A stretch of 64,000 bases of DNA from a bacterium (GTDB lineage: Bacteria > Electryoneota > Electryoneia > Electryoneales > Electryoneaceae), in assembly GCA_963669175.1 (NCBI GenBank), contig OY769902.1:3904001-3968000 (forward strand). The letters run 5' to 3'. Below the pieces are notes generated by a model, which searched no databases, was not told the origin of the DNA, and saw nothing but the letters and a program-made list of their open reading frames with translations. Below are positions 9,823 through 19,578 of the stretch, piece after piece. The translations under genes were made by a program, and so were the position numbers. How positions within the stretch are numbered: the stretch's first letter is position 1; each line of letters begins with the position of its first letter.

Positions 9823-11528
9823 TGGACATATCCATACATCAAAATCTGTTCGAACTTTTACAACTTCACGCACAGAAATCCACAGATTCACCCAAACTCT
9901 TCTGGCAGGACCATTCCTTCACCTGGGCGCAGGTCGAGGAAGGAGCCAGACGAGTAGCCGCCGGGTTGAAGGATCTTGGGGTGCAACAGGGTGACCGAGT
10001 TGCGCTGATGCTCCCGAACACTCCCCCTTACCTGTTCATCCAGGCAGGCGTACATCTGCTCGGCGCGACACTGGTTCCGATCCATATTCTTACACGCGGT
10101 CCCGAACTGGGCTATCTGCTGGATGACAGCGAAGCTAAAGTGCTGATCTACTGGAATGGCTTCCAGGAAGTCGCTGAAGAAGCAGCGATTCAGACCGAAA
10201 GCCTACGTCACCGTATCGAAATCGGCGGTGAACCGACTGAGGGGATTCTTGACTTTCATACCTGGATGCTGGAACACGCTCCGCTGATGGATGCCCCCGT
10301 GGGTGGCGGTAATGATCCGGCCCTGATTCGTTATACTGCCGGTGTAACCGGTCGGCCCAAGGGCGCCATGATCAGCCACACCAATGTATTGTACAGCTCC
10401 CGCGCAACCTTGAAAGCGCTACGGGTGCGTCCGATCGAACGTGTTCTGGGTGCAATTCCCTTTTATCATCCTTTCGGCTGCACTCTACAATATTACATGG
10501 TGCTACGTTCCGGGGCGTCGCTGTATCTGCAGACACGATTTGATCCACAGGAAACTCAGGAACTGATCCAGGCCGGCACAGTTAATGCCATGATCGGGCT
10601 TCCCTCCCATTATTCCGGCCTGCTTGAAGCCATGGGGTCAGAAGAAGAAGACGCCGGAAAACTGCTGTTTGCCGTAAGTGGTGGCGGCCCGTTGGATATT
10701 TTGACGCGACGGAAGCTGGAACAACGCTTCAGCACACGTATTGCAACCGTATACGGCACCTGCGAGACCAGTCCTACCATTGCTGTAAACCCGAGCCACA
10801 TCGAGGAAACTCCGGCCGAATCATTCGGTCGGCCCATCAGTGACACGGAAGTCCGCATCGTAGATGAAGAAAACGATGAAGTAGGTGTCGATGAGGTCGG
10901 TGAAATCGTCGTGCGCGGTCCGGGTGTATTCCAGGGCTACTGGAATCGTCCTGATGCGACCAATTTGACTATCGATGAAGAGGGCTGGTTCCATACATCC
11001 GACCTTGGCCGCATCGATATGGATGGTTTCCTGTATGGCGTGGGACGTTTGCACGACCGTATCAACAAAGGCGGCTTCTCCGTATATCCACGCGAAGTTG
11101 AGGGTGTGTTGAATGCGCATCCTTCCATCTATGCAAGCGGCGTGATTGGCGTTCCTGACCCACGGTTGGGAGAAGAGATTGTTGCCTATGTTGTCCCACG
11201 TGGCGGCGCACCGATACTGGAAAACGAGATCATTGAATATTGCACGGAGCGTCTTGCTCGCTTCAAGACTCCGCAGCAGATCATCACTATCGACCAACTT
11301 CCCAGGTCACCGGGTGGCTCGGTATTGCGTCGCGCACTGCGTGAGCACTGGCAGGAGAACCTGTCACAGTCAACAGGGACAGGGACAGGGACAACGACGC
11401 CGAAACCAATACCGATGCCTGAAGAGCGTAACTACAGCACTCCTGTTCCCGTGCCGGATTCAGGTGCGTCAGACAGCCTGATCGAGTTGGTTCCGATGGA
11501 AAAAGTCGACAAGGACGATGAGGAATAG
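9822..11528 (+). CDS. AMP-binding (long-chain acyl-CoA ligase-like) protein with degenerate catalytic motifs
   Basis: GDRVALMLPN, YTAGVTGRPKG, YGTCE, GEIVVRGP.VFQGYW, VYPREVE; A10 lysine replaced by Ser. Confidence 0.85.
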   Translation: MDISIHQNLFELLQLHAQKSTDSPKLFWQDHSFTWAQVEEGARRVAAGLKDLGVQQGDRVALMLPNTPPYLFIQAGVHLLGATLVPIHILTRGPELGYLLDDSEAKVLIYWNGFQEVAEEAAIQTESLRHRIEIGGEPTEGILDFHTWMLEHAPLMDAPVGGGNDPALIRYTAGVTGRPKGAMISHTNVLYSSRATLKALRVRPIERVLGAIPFYHPFGCTLQYYMVLRSGASLYLQTRFDPQETQELIQAGTVNAMIGLPSHYSGLLEAMGSEEEDAGKLLFAVSGGGPLDILTRRKLEQRFSTRIATVYGTCETSPTIAVNPSHIEETPAESFGRPISDTEVRIVDEENDEVGVDEVGEIVVRGPGVFQGYWNRPDATNLTIDEEGWFHTSDLGRIDMDGFLYGVGRLHDRINKGGFSVYPREVEGVLNAHPSIYASGVIGVPDPRLGEEIVAYVVPRGGAPILENEIIEYCTERLARFKTPQQIITIDQLPRSPGGSVLRRALREHWQENLSQSTGTGTGTTTPKPIPMPEERNYSTPVPVPDSGASDSLIELVPMEKVDKDDEE

Positions 11529-11575
11529 CGAAATCCTATAACCGTACTTCAACACGAAAGCTCGACAAAGACGTG

Positions 11576-11609
11576 AAAAGCCGATCAGGTTGCCCTGATC
11601 GGCTTTTTT
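11576..11609 (+). terminator. Intrinsic terminator
   Basis: AAAAGCCGATCAGG / CCTGATCGGCTTTT stem with T tail after the operon. Confidence 0.85.
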
Positions 11610-12519
11610 GCGGATTTCTATCTGAAATCCGCTATCGCAAGGTGCTCCCCGCCGGCAGGAAGGCGCAGGAAAACCCCCGGCGAAAGGGCTTTTGCGTTCT
11701 ATGGGATCACCTACCATCTATATTATCGCATACCAGCAGGTAAACTTCAGTCGCATCTTTTCCACACTTCGCACTCTGACCGCTCCGGGAAGGAATCGCA
11801 TTGCAACCTCGTTGAATTCCCTATCCTTTTCCTTCAAGCAATTCAACTTCGACTCTGAGAGCAGGTTAAAGTAACTGATAAATGCTAGTCTTTTAATTTT
11901 ACAACATGATAACATTCCAAAGCTCAAGTGTTCTTATAGCTAATATTGAAGCAAAATTACAACAATCAATTTCCGCGGCGGGTAGAGATCGCAGAAGGAG
12001 AGCGGAAGGGTTTGGTCATGGGAGATACACTGCTTGCATGCCAATAAGAAGTCAACCAGTAATTTTCATCGCATTGTTAAGGCTGAGAAGCAAGTAATAC
12101 TGCAATTCTTGGCTGATACCCTTAGCTTTTTAAGATACTTCTTATTTATACAACTGTTATTAAAGCAATTACACCAAACAGCTTTCCTTAAAAACTTCGC
12201 AGGGTTTGCTATTCAGGCTACGATCAAACTTGCTTTCCATCAGATAATTGCCATCAACCTTCCTCTGACTTAGGTAAACCTCATCTATTTTTCAACATGT
12301 TACAACTCATCATCTTTCTCTATCCAAGTTACGGATATCACCAATATGGCAACCTCTGCTCATCTGCTTTATCTTTTCCGACTTCTTGTTGCGGGGAACC
12401 CTGCATTAAAGTTGGCGTTCAACCAGTGGATATTTGCACCTGAAGTGGGCCAAAATTGCGAATTGCATTGCTCAGGTTGATCATGTATCCTGAAAGAAGA
12501 AAACATAGGAGCGAATTTC

Positions 12520-13362
12520 ATGCACTCTGTCAAGGGGCAAACGGCGATTATAACCGGCGCAAGTCGTGGTATTGGACGCGCCATAGCAATAAAGCTTGGC
12601 GAAGCCGGGATGAACCTCGTTCTGACGGCTCGTGGTGAAGGAGCGCTACAGGAAACCGCCAGTCTTGTTCCGGGCGAACCTGATTCTGTGCTGGCGATCC
12701 CTGCGGACGTCACTGATAAAAATGATGTAAAGCGTGTCTTCGAGTCTGCGATAGATCGTTTCGGCTCAGTGGATTTGCTAGTTAACAATGCCGGCAGCCT
12801 GGCAGCGATCGGGCCGACATGGGAAGCGGATGCCGCAGACTGGTTGCAGGATATCACCGTCAATCTCCAAGGTGTATTCCTGTGCTGCCGTGCGGCTCTA
12901 CAGATCATGCTGCTTGCTGACAAGGGCCGAATCATCAACATGTCCGGTGGTGGCGCAGGAGGGCCTTTCCCATTTGCCTCGGCTTATGCGACCAGCAAGG
13001 CGGGGGTTGTACGCCTGACGGAAAACATCGCTGCCGAAATGGCGGAAACGTACCCGGCTTCGAACGTCCGCATTTTCAGCATGAGCCCAAGTTTCGTCCG
13101 TACCGCCATGACAGAACAATTCACGGAAACAGAGGATGGACGCAAATGGATGCATCGGCTCTCCGCACGACTCGACCAGGGCCAGAGCGCTCCTCCCGAC
13201 TATGCGGCTGAGCTGGTGCTCGAACTGGCAACCGGGGAGCTGGATTTCCTGCATGGTCGCTTTATCCACGCTGAACAGGATCGTGATCAATGGGATGAGA
13301 TGAAGTCAAATGCAGATGAGATCCGTATGTCACCCAAACGGTTATTGCGGTTTGTCAAATGA
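12520..13362 (+). CDS. SDR family oxidoreductase
   Basis: TGASRGIG, NNAG, YATSK; AGGAG RBS upstream. Confidence 0.93.
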   Translation: MHSVKGQTAIITGASRGIGRAIAIKLGEAGMNLVLTARGEGALQETASLVPGEPDSVLAIPADVTDKNDVKRVFESAIDRFGSVDLLVNNAGSLAAIGPTWEADAADWLQDITVNLQGVFLCCRAALQIMLLADKGRIINMSGGGAGGPFPFASAYATSKAGVVRLTENIAAEMAETYPASNVRIFSMSPSFVRTAMTEQFTETEDGRKWMHRLSARLDQGQSAPPDYAAELVLELATGELDFLHGRFIHAEQDRDQWDEMKSNADEIRMSPKRLLRFVK

Positions 13363-13474
13363 TATTGTATGTCATCCAGCGTGATGATCAAGTGGACAAA
13401 TCTCTGGTGAACATCGTGTGGCCCGGCGTGCTTGCACCCGGGCTGTCTTTTATCCGGCATTCCTGAACTACTGT

Positions 13475-14548
13475 TTATTTAACTGCAAAATGCTCCATAC
13501 AGGCTTGCGCGACACGTGTTGCGCCCTGTCCATCCACCAGCGACCGTGCTTTTTGTGCCAGGCTGGAGCGTAGCTGCGAATCAGATGCAAAACGAAGATA
13601 GGCTTGAAGAATCTGATCATCGGTCAGATCATTCAACCAGCCGATCACTTCGGTACATCCCAGGCGTTCCATGGATCGAGCAAACCCAAGCTGATTTTCT
13701 TCAACCGGCAGACAGATATAGGGCGTACCGAGGGCGGCGGCTTCATATTGTGTCGATCCCCCGGCCATTAAAATAAGGTCCGAGTCTTTAAGAAGATCAA
13801 GCCAGTTCTCCGGTTGAACCAGACGTCTCGCAAAGGGCAACCTCTTAATCCTCTGATCCAGCCTTTCCTCGAATGGATACATCGTACCGGTAACAAACAA
13901 CGCTTCTTCCGGGAACTGTTTTTCGGGCAGGGCAGCCAATGCGCTCGCAACACGTCCGGTCACATCATGTTCGTCCACTCCCCCGCCATTGATTAGCACC
14001 TTTCTGATTCGATCCGGCTGATCATATACCTTTCCAACCAATCGCTTCACCACCTGCTCTCGTAATATCGCGTATTCCGGCCCAAGCAGAAGTTCTGTCT
14101 TTGAACTTAGCCTGGAATAATCCAAGTCAGCCGCATCGGCGTAGGCGTTGAATACGAGATCACAATCCCGGTAATCGCGTCCCCCGAAAACATCGCTGAC
14201 CATCACGGCTGTTGATCGGGCGTAGAGCTTCCTGTGCGCATCGGGGATATGGTAGCCATCAATGACTGTCAGGCCGGGCGCTCCCATTGTTCTATTCATA
14301 TGCGACAGAATCCAGCCGGGCTCATCATTTGTTTCTGCTACCTCATCAGGGATTGTTACCGGGTTAATTCCATTCTTCTTCAGCGTAGATATTCCGGAAC
14401 CGTCAACATAGCGGGTGTAGAAAACCGGTTCTAATCCTGCGTCCTTGAGCGCCTGCGCCAAGCCGGTTGATCGCATAATGTGACCGTACCCGATCACATC
14501 TCCCCCATCCACACGCATGATGACGTACTTTTGAGAAGCTGTTGACAT
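13475..14548 (-). CDS. PseG/SpsG-family UDP-sugar hydrolase or glycosyltransferase-like protein
   Basis: RVDGG..IGYGHIMRS, LLGPEYAILR, GGVD, AGGST.YE, ENQ, LVDGQGA.RV. Confidence 0.8.
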   Translation of the reverse strand: MSTASQKYVIMRVDGGDVIGYGHIMRSTGLAQALKDAGLEPVFYTRYVDGSGISTLKKNGINPVTIPDEVAETNDEPGWILSHMNRTMGAPGLTVIDGYHIPDAHRKLYARSTAVMVSDVFGGRDYRDCDLVFNAYADAADLDYSRLSSKTELLLGPEYAILREQVVKRLVGKVYDQPDRIRKVLINGGGVDEHDVTGRVASALAALPEKQFPEEALFVTGTMYPFEERLDQRIKRLPFARRLVQPENWLDLLKDSDLILMAGGSTQYEAAALGTPYICLPVEENQLGFARSMERLGCTEVIGWLNDLTDDQILQAYLRFASDSQLRSSLAQKARSLVDGQGATRVAQACMEHFAVK

Positions 14549-14704
14549 GCTGTACTCTCGCAGAGTGAAACGATTTCCTTTCGAGAAACGTACTATCCTT
14601 AACTTCTTTCATGCAATCCGGGGGAGGCGGCGCGGTTTCGTTACGCCGATGTTCGTTGTACCTTCTCCAGATGTTACCATAGAACAAAAAACAGGAGATT
14701 TCCC

Positions 14705-15964
14705 ATGATCACCGATGCCATGCGTGACTTTTACAAGCAGGACGTAAAAGACCGCTTCTTACGCTATGTCCAGGTTTTTACCACATCTGATGAAGATAAC
14801 GAATCGACCCCTTCCACAGAGCGTCAGTTTGACCTCGCACGGATGCTTGAGAAGGAATTGAGCGAACTGGGTTTGAAGGACGTACACGTTTCCGACCATA
14901 GCTATGTTTATGGTATTCTTCCCGCGTCTGAAGGCGTCAACGCACCGACTTTCGGATTGCTGGCGCATTTGGATACCAGCCCGGATCAGCCCGGTGAAAA
15001 TGTCAAGCCACAGATCATTGAGAACTACGATGGCGGCACGATCAGCTATCCTGATGATCCGGAACTGACACTTTCACAGAAAGACAGTCCGGAGCTGGCC
15101 GATTTCATCGGTGACAATATCATCACTGCATCGGGTCTTACCCTGCTTGGTGCGGATGACAAGGCTGGTGTCGCTGAGATCATGGCGGGCATGGCCACAT
15201 TCATCAAGTTCCCGGAACTGAAGCATCCGGAAATCAAGGTCTGCTTCACCCCGGATGAAGAAATCGGCCGTGGCACGATCAAGATCGACGAAGACTGGCT
15301 GCCGCAGTTCTGCTACACCCTGGATGGTGGGTATCCGGGTGAGTTGGAAGGTGAGAATTTTGATGCCTGGCGTGCCGATGTAAAATTCAAGGGCGTTGGC
15401 GTACATCCCGGTTACGCCAAGGGCAAGATGGTCAATGCGATCTCAGTCGCAGCTCATTTTGTAGCGCTGCTTCCCGAATGGCAGACGCCATCGACCACGG
15501 AACTGCGTGAAGGCTTCTATCACCTGGTCAGCATGTCCGGTGATTTTGAAAATGCGGAATGTACTTTTATAATCCGCGATTTTGAAGAACCGAAAAACAT
15601 GGTTCGCATGGAGTACATGCAGGCGCAGAAAGAACTGTTCGAGAAGCGTTACCCGGGACTCGAGATCGACCTGCAGTTCAAGCATCAGTACCAGAACATG
15701 CGTGACATCATCCAGAAATATCCGGAAGTCATGGATGTAGCTGAGAAGGCAATGAGTGAAGTGGGCGTGAAGGTGTTGAAGAAGGCGATTCGTGGTGGTA
15801 CAGACGGCGCTCGCCTGACGCAGCTTGGTCACCCCACCCCGAACCTGTTCGCCGGTGGACTTCTCTTCCATTCACGCCGTGAATGGGTTGCCGAATCCAG
15901 CCTTGCCAAAGCGGTTGAAGTCGTTTTGAACCTTGGTCATCACTGGAGCCAGGTCAGCAAGTAG
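14705..15964 (+). CDS. pepT: Peptidase T (tripeptide aminopeptidase)
   Basis: RFLRYV, AHLDTSP, TLLGADDKAG, FTPDEEIGRG, HPGYAKGKMVNA, IRGGTDG. Confidence 0.96.
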   Translation: MITDAMRDFYKQDVKDRFLRYVQVFTTSDEDNESTPSTERQFDLARMLEKELSELGLKDVHVSDHSYVYGILPASEGVNAPTFGLLAHLDTSPDQPGENVKPQIIENYDGGTISYPDDPELTLSQKDSPELADFIGDNIITASGLTLLGADDKAGVAEIMAGMATFIKFPELKHPEIKVCFTPDEEIGRGTIKIDEDWLPQFCYTLDGGYPGELEGENFDAWRADVKFKGVGVHPGYAKGKMVNAISVAAHFVALLPEWQTPSTTELREGFYHLVSMSGDFENAECTFIIRDFEEPKNMVRMEYMQAQKELFEKRYPGLEIDLQFKHQYQNMRDIIQKYPEVMDVAEKAMSEVGVKVLKKAIRGGTDGARLTQLGHPTPNLFAGGLLFHSRREWVAESSLAKAVEVVLNLGHHWSQVSK

Positions 15965-15982
15965 TTTTTCCGATTAGAACAC

Positions 15983-16020
15983 AAAGGCCGGCATTGGTAA
16001 CAGTGCCGGCCTTTTTTTTT
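15983..16020 (+). terminator. Intrinsic terminator after pepT
   Basis: AAAGGCCGGCATTG-GTAA-CAGTGCCGGCCTTT followed by poly-T. Confidence 0.9.
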
Positions 16021-16243
16021 CTACGAAATGTCAGCCCTTGGACCACGCTCCCAGGGTCGGGTATTCAAGGAATTGATATCACGATGCCCTCTGTCCCGAT
16101 GCGCTCTAAGATTCGTCCTGTCTTTCTGTATCCACAGAGTATTTCAGGGACAGTTATGAAGGAAACAGTGTCTCTTGCGGATCGGCCACCCCAGCCTGAT
16201 CACCTGGGTTTTCATAAATCTCGAGATACTATCCTGACGTTAT

Positions 16244-17212
16244 CTACTCCCCGTCTTTCCACGCATGGCGGATGCAATTCCGGCCTGAACCTTTGGCTTT
16301 GTACAGGCTCTCATCAGCCGCTTTCAGCAGTTCCAGAGACGATTCGATATGATCTTCGGGATAATAAGAGGCGCCGATAGAAATGGTAACCGTCCTCATT
16401 TCAAGATGCTCAAACACACAATCCTTGCAGAAGTCATGCTTTTCTACAAGCCCGCGCAGTTTTTCAGCGACATGCAACACACCATGCTTGGAGGTTGCCG
16501 GGAGCAGGATAACAAACTCCTCCCCGCCATACCGTGCAGCAAAGTCAACCCGGCGCAAAGCGTTGATGACAATCTTGCCCAATTCCTTCAGGACAATATC
16601 ACCGATCAGGTGGCCATAATCATCGTTGACCTGCTTGAAATGATCAATATCGAAAATCAGCACGCCGAGATGTGAGCCATAACGATCCGCGCGTTCGAAC
16701 TCCTGCGCGAACATATCTTCGAAGTATTGACGATTGTAAAGTCCGGTCAATCGATCTGTTACCGCACGCCCCCAAAGCTGTTTGTTCTCTTTAACCAGCA
16801 TATCACGTGCTTTGAGAAGCTCATGAAAACGGAGTGTACGACCGACACGGAACTTGAACTCGTCAATATCAAAGGGTAAATAGATGCAGTCATCAGCGCC
16901 GAGGGCGAGCGTCTGGGCGCCCACATTCTTTTCAAATGCAGTCTCAACAATGACAGGCAGGTCACCAAGATTGGTACGTATCTTCTTCAATAACTCCAGC
17001 CCGTTCATGCCGGGCATGTTCACATCGGTAATAACAAGATCAAACTTGTCTTTATTCAACCGTACCCAGGCATCATCTCCTGAAGAAGCCTGTTCGAGGG
17101 TATATTTGCCAACCATATCGAGAATATCAACCATCAGTTCACGATTGGCATCGTTATCATCGACAATCAGGACGTGATATTTTTCCGGTTCAACAACCTC
17201 AGCTTTAAACAA
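16244..17212 (-). CDS. Response-regulator diguanylate cyclase (REC-GGDEF); start uncertain, ORF extends to 17329 within nfi
   Basis: VLIVDD, ITDVNMPGMNG, TDRLTGLYNR, DIDHFK.VND.YGH..GD, RxxD I-site (RRVD), RYGGEEF. Confidence 0.9.
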   Translation of the reverse strand: MFKAEVVEPEKYHVLIVDDNDANRELMVDILDMVGKYTLEQASSGDDAWVRLNKDKFDLVITDVNMPGMNGLELLKKIRTNLGDLPVIVETAFEKNVGAQTLALGADDCIYLPFDIDEFKFRVGRTLRFHELLKARDMLVKENKQLWGRAVTDRLTGLYNRQYFEDMFAQEFERADRYGSHLGVLIFDIDHFKQVNDDYGHLIGDIVLKELGKIVINALRRVDFAARYGGEEFVILLPATSKHGVLHVAEKLRGLVEKHDFCKDCVFEHLEMRTVTISIGASYYPEDHIESSLELLKAADESLYKAKGSGRNCIRHAWKDGE

Positions 17213-17220
17213 CCCCTTAA

Positions 17221-17901
17221 CTACGGCTGATTTTGCAAATCCATCGTCTGTCTGACTCGACTGGCCTCCCGATGCGCGTGTCGAATCACTTCCGGCAACC
17301 GGTACTTCGTTACGGTAGCCATCGTCCATGCGACTGCTCCCTCATGGTCAACTTTATGTCCCGGCGAGATCCACACTGGCTTCACATTTGTGCGGGTTCT
17401 CACGATACTCCCGATTTGTTCTCCCCTGTCCCAACAAGGCTCGCATTCCCCTTTGGTCAAACCGGGAGTACTACACTCACCTATCAAACGGCTCTTAGCA
17501 CACCCGATACTCGGAATTCCAAGCAAGACTCCGATGTGGGCTGCCAGTCCGCATCGCCTCGGATGTGCAATTCCCTGGCCGTCAACAATCATAATATCCG
17601 GTTTTAGTGATAAGCTCCGCCATGCAGAAAGCAGAACCGGAGCTTCCCTGAAGGATAAAAAACCAGGAACATAGGGAAATGTCACTGGCGCGGTATCTGA
17701 AGCTACTTCCACAAGGTGCAGGTCAGGCCAGCTCAATACGACGGCAACGCCTATCATCCGGGTTTTATCAGGACTGATCGATGCATCCAATCCGGCAATC
17801 AGCGATACTTCACTCGCCAATGGAGCCGACTCCAGAATCACCTGTTCAGCAAGGCGCTGCTGGATATCCCTGGCCTGCTCAATTGAAATAGCTATATCCA
17901 T
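17221..17901 (-). CDS. nfi: Endonuclease V
   Basis: AGLD, FPYVPGFLSFRE, DGQGIAHPRRCGLA, IGCAKSRL, SPGH, YRLPE. Confidence 0.95.
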   Translation of the reverse strand: MDIAISIEQARDIQQRLAEQVILESAPLASEVSLIAGLDASISPDKTRMIGVAVVLSWPDLHLVEVASDTAPVTFPYVPGFLSFREAPVLLSAWRSLSLKPDIMIVDGQGIAHPRRCGLAAHIGVLLGIPSIGCAKSRLIGECSTPGLTKGECEPCWDRGEQIGSIVRTRTNVKPVWISPGHKVDHEGAVAWTMATVTKYRLPEVIRHAHREASRVRQTMDLQNQP

Positions 17902-18063
17902 CCATCCGGCTTTCTGGTCTGCATGGAAAATATTGTATTATCACTTCTTTTACAACTGTTCCCTGATATCACATGTAAGAACTTCTTACAAATATAAAAA
18001 GAAAACCTCTTTACCAGATTCGGAGCAAAGAGGTGGAATCATGTTCTTACAAGTCAACTTGAA

Positions 18064-18426
18064 TTAGAGAGCTGCAATCACTTCTTGTAACTCCCTGATC
18101 CGGAAAGGCTTTGCAAGCACTCCCGCAGCGCCCTTTTCCAGCAATTCATCGGTCACATCACCCTCGCCATACCCACTGACAATATAGATCTTCAGCTCGG
18201 GATTGATCTCATGTAACTTTTCAAATGTTTCCAGCCCATCCATTTCGGGCATGTACAAATCGAGAAGCACGCAATCAAAGGTTTGCTCTTTATTTTCAAC
18301 CTGAACAATTGCCTCGGGACCGCTACCAACTGTAACAGATGAAATATCTAAGATATCAAGCATTTCCTTGAGTGTTTCGCGAACAGGTGCTTCATCGTCA
18401 ACCAGCAATATGCACTTGTCTGCCAT
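18064..18426 (-). CDS. Single-domain response regulator
   Basis: LLVDDE, LLDLYMPEMDG, SGY, KPF. Confidence 0.92.
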   Translation of the reverse strand: MADKCILLVDDEAPVRETLKEMLDILDISSVTVGSGPEAIVQVENKEQTFDCVLLDLYMPEMDGLETFEKLHEINPELKIYIVSGYGEGDVTDELLEKGAAGVLAKPFRIRELQEVIAAL

Positions 18427-18543
18427 CGTATCTGCCTTCTTTTTACACTGCCCTGGTCAGATCTTCATACGAACAACCTAGGCAATGTACTTGAATTCCT
18501 TGATATGGTCAATAACAATTTTTTCCATGAAGAGGTGCCCATG

Positions 18544-19434
18544 TCATTGAATACTCGTAATAAGGGAGCCGATTTTTTCATTTGTAATCTCGATCCTGTC
18601 CCCTGACCGGATTTCACATACCCCCGCCGGTGTGCCTGTGGCCAGGATATCCCCTTTACGCAACCCGGTTATACCTGCTACAGCGCTGACAAGCTCTGCA
18701 GGCGGCCAGAGCCAGAGCTGCACATCCCCTGTCTGCTTTGATTCACCATTCACAGTTGTTGTAAATGTAAATGACGCAATCTCAGCGGAATCCTTCAATA
18801 CATACACGGCGGGCCCCAAGGGAGCAAAACCGGGACGTCCCTTTCCGGCCAGCCAGGGTTTTCCCTTTTCCTTCAATTGTGATTGTTTTCCACGGTCGGT
18901 AATATCATTAATCAGGGTCACTCCCCAGATCGCAGACAAAGCCTCTTCCTTGTTCACTTCGCCAAACAGGTCTTTGCCGATAATCAGCGCCAGCTCACCT
19001 TCCAGCTCAACACGAATACTGTCGTGAGGTAACGCCAGGGTATGATCAGAAGGGAAAAGACACGTGCGAGGTTTCATGAACAGTATGGGCTCCGAGGGAA
19101 TCGGGTTCCCCAGTTCAGCAGCATGCGCCGCATAATTCCTGCCGACACAGATCAAATCTCCGGCCTGGATGGGAATATCCCAAGTGTATTCATGCGCCTC
19201 CATTGCTGGAATGCTGTCAATAGATGTCTCGATCAATTGAATGAGAAGCTCGCGTTTTTCCAGTTGCACAAGGCTATCCAGTGTAGCTGGAATCCCAGCC
19301 GGTATATAGTGCTGCTCGATAGCTTCCCGCCAGACAGGAAGTAAATCGTGAAACTTCCCCTGTCTATCTGCCGCCGCCAGTATTCTCCGGCCATCAACAG
19401 CCTGCAACATTGCCAGACGCATTCCAACCTCCAC
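18544..19434 (-). CDS. Fumarylacetoacetate hydrolase family protein
   Basis: CVGRNYAAHAAE, P.LFMKP, EGELA.IIG, ND.T.R, GDILATGTPAGV. Confidence 0.92.
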   Translation of the reverse strand: MEVGMRLAMLQAVDGRRILAAADRQGKFHDLLPVWREAIEQHYIPAGIPATLDSLVQLEKRELLIQLIETSIDSIPAMEAHEYTWDIPIQAGDLICVGRNYAAHAAELGNPIPSEPILFMKPRTCLFPSDHTLALPHDSIRVELEGELALIIGKDLFGEVNKEEALSAIWGVTLINDITDRGKQSQLKEKGKPWLAGKGRPGFAPLGPAVYVLKDSAEIASFTFTTTVNGESKQTGDVQLWLWPPAELVSAVAGITGLRKGDILATGTPAGVCEIRSGDRIEITNEKIGSLITSIQ

Positions 19435-19578
19435 TTGGATTTCTTTTAGATGAAGAAACTATTTACATGATCCTGTGCCGAAGAGCAACAGGCTGGAACT
19501 ACGGAGTGTTTTTAGAGTGTGAAGGTAAGCTCGGCTGAACATTGCTGTTTCCCCCGTTAACATGTAGCTTACACCGTT

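Noticed and set aside
17213-17329. N-terminal extension of the REC-GGDEF ORF
   Set aside because: Overlaps the conserved 3' end of nfi; the true start is probably near 17212.
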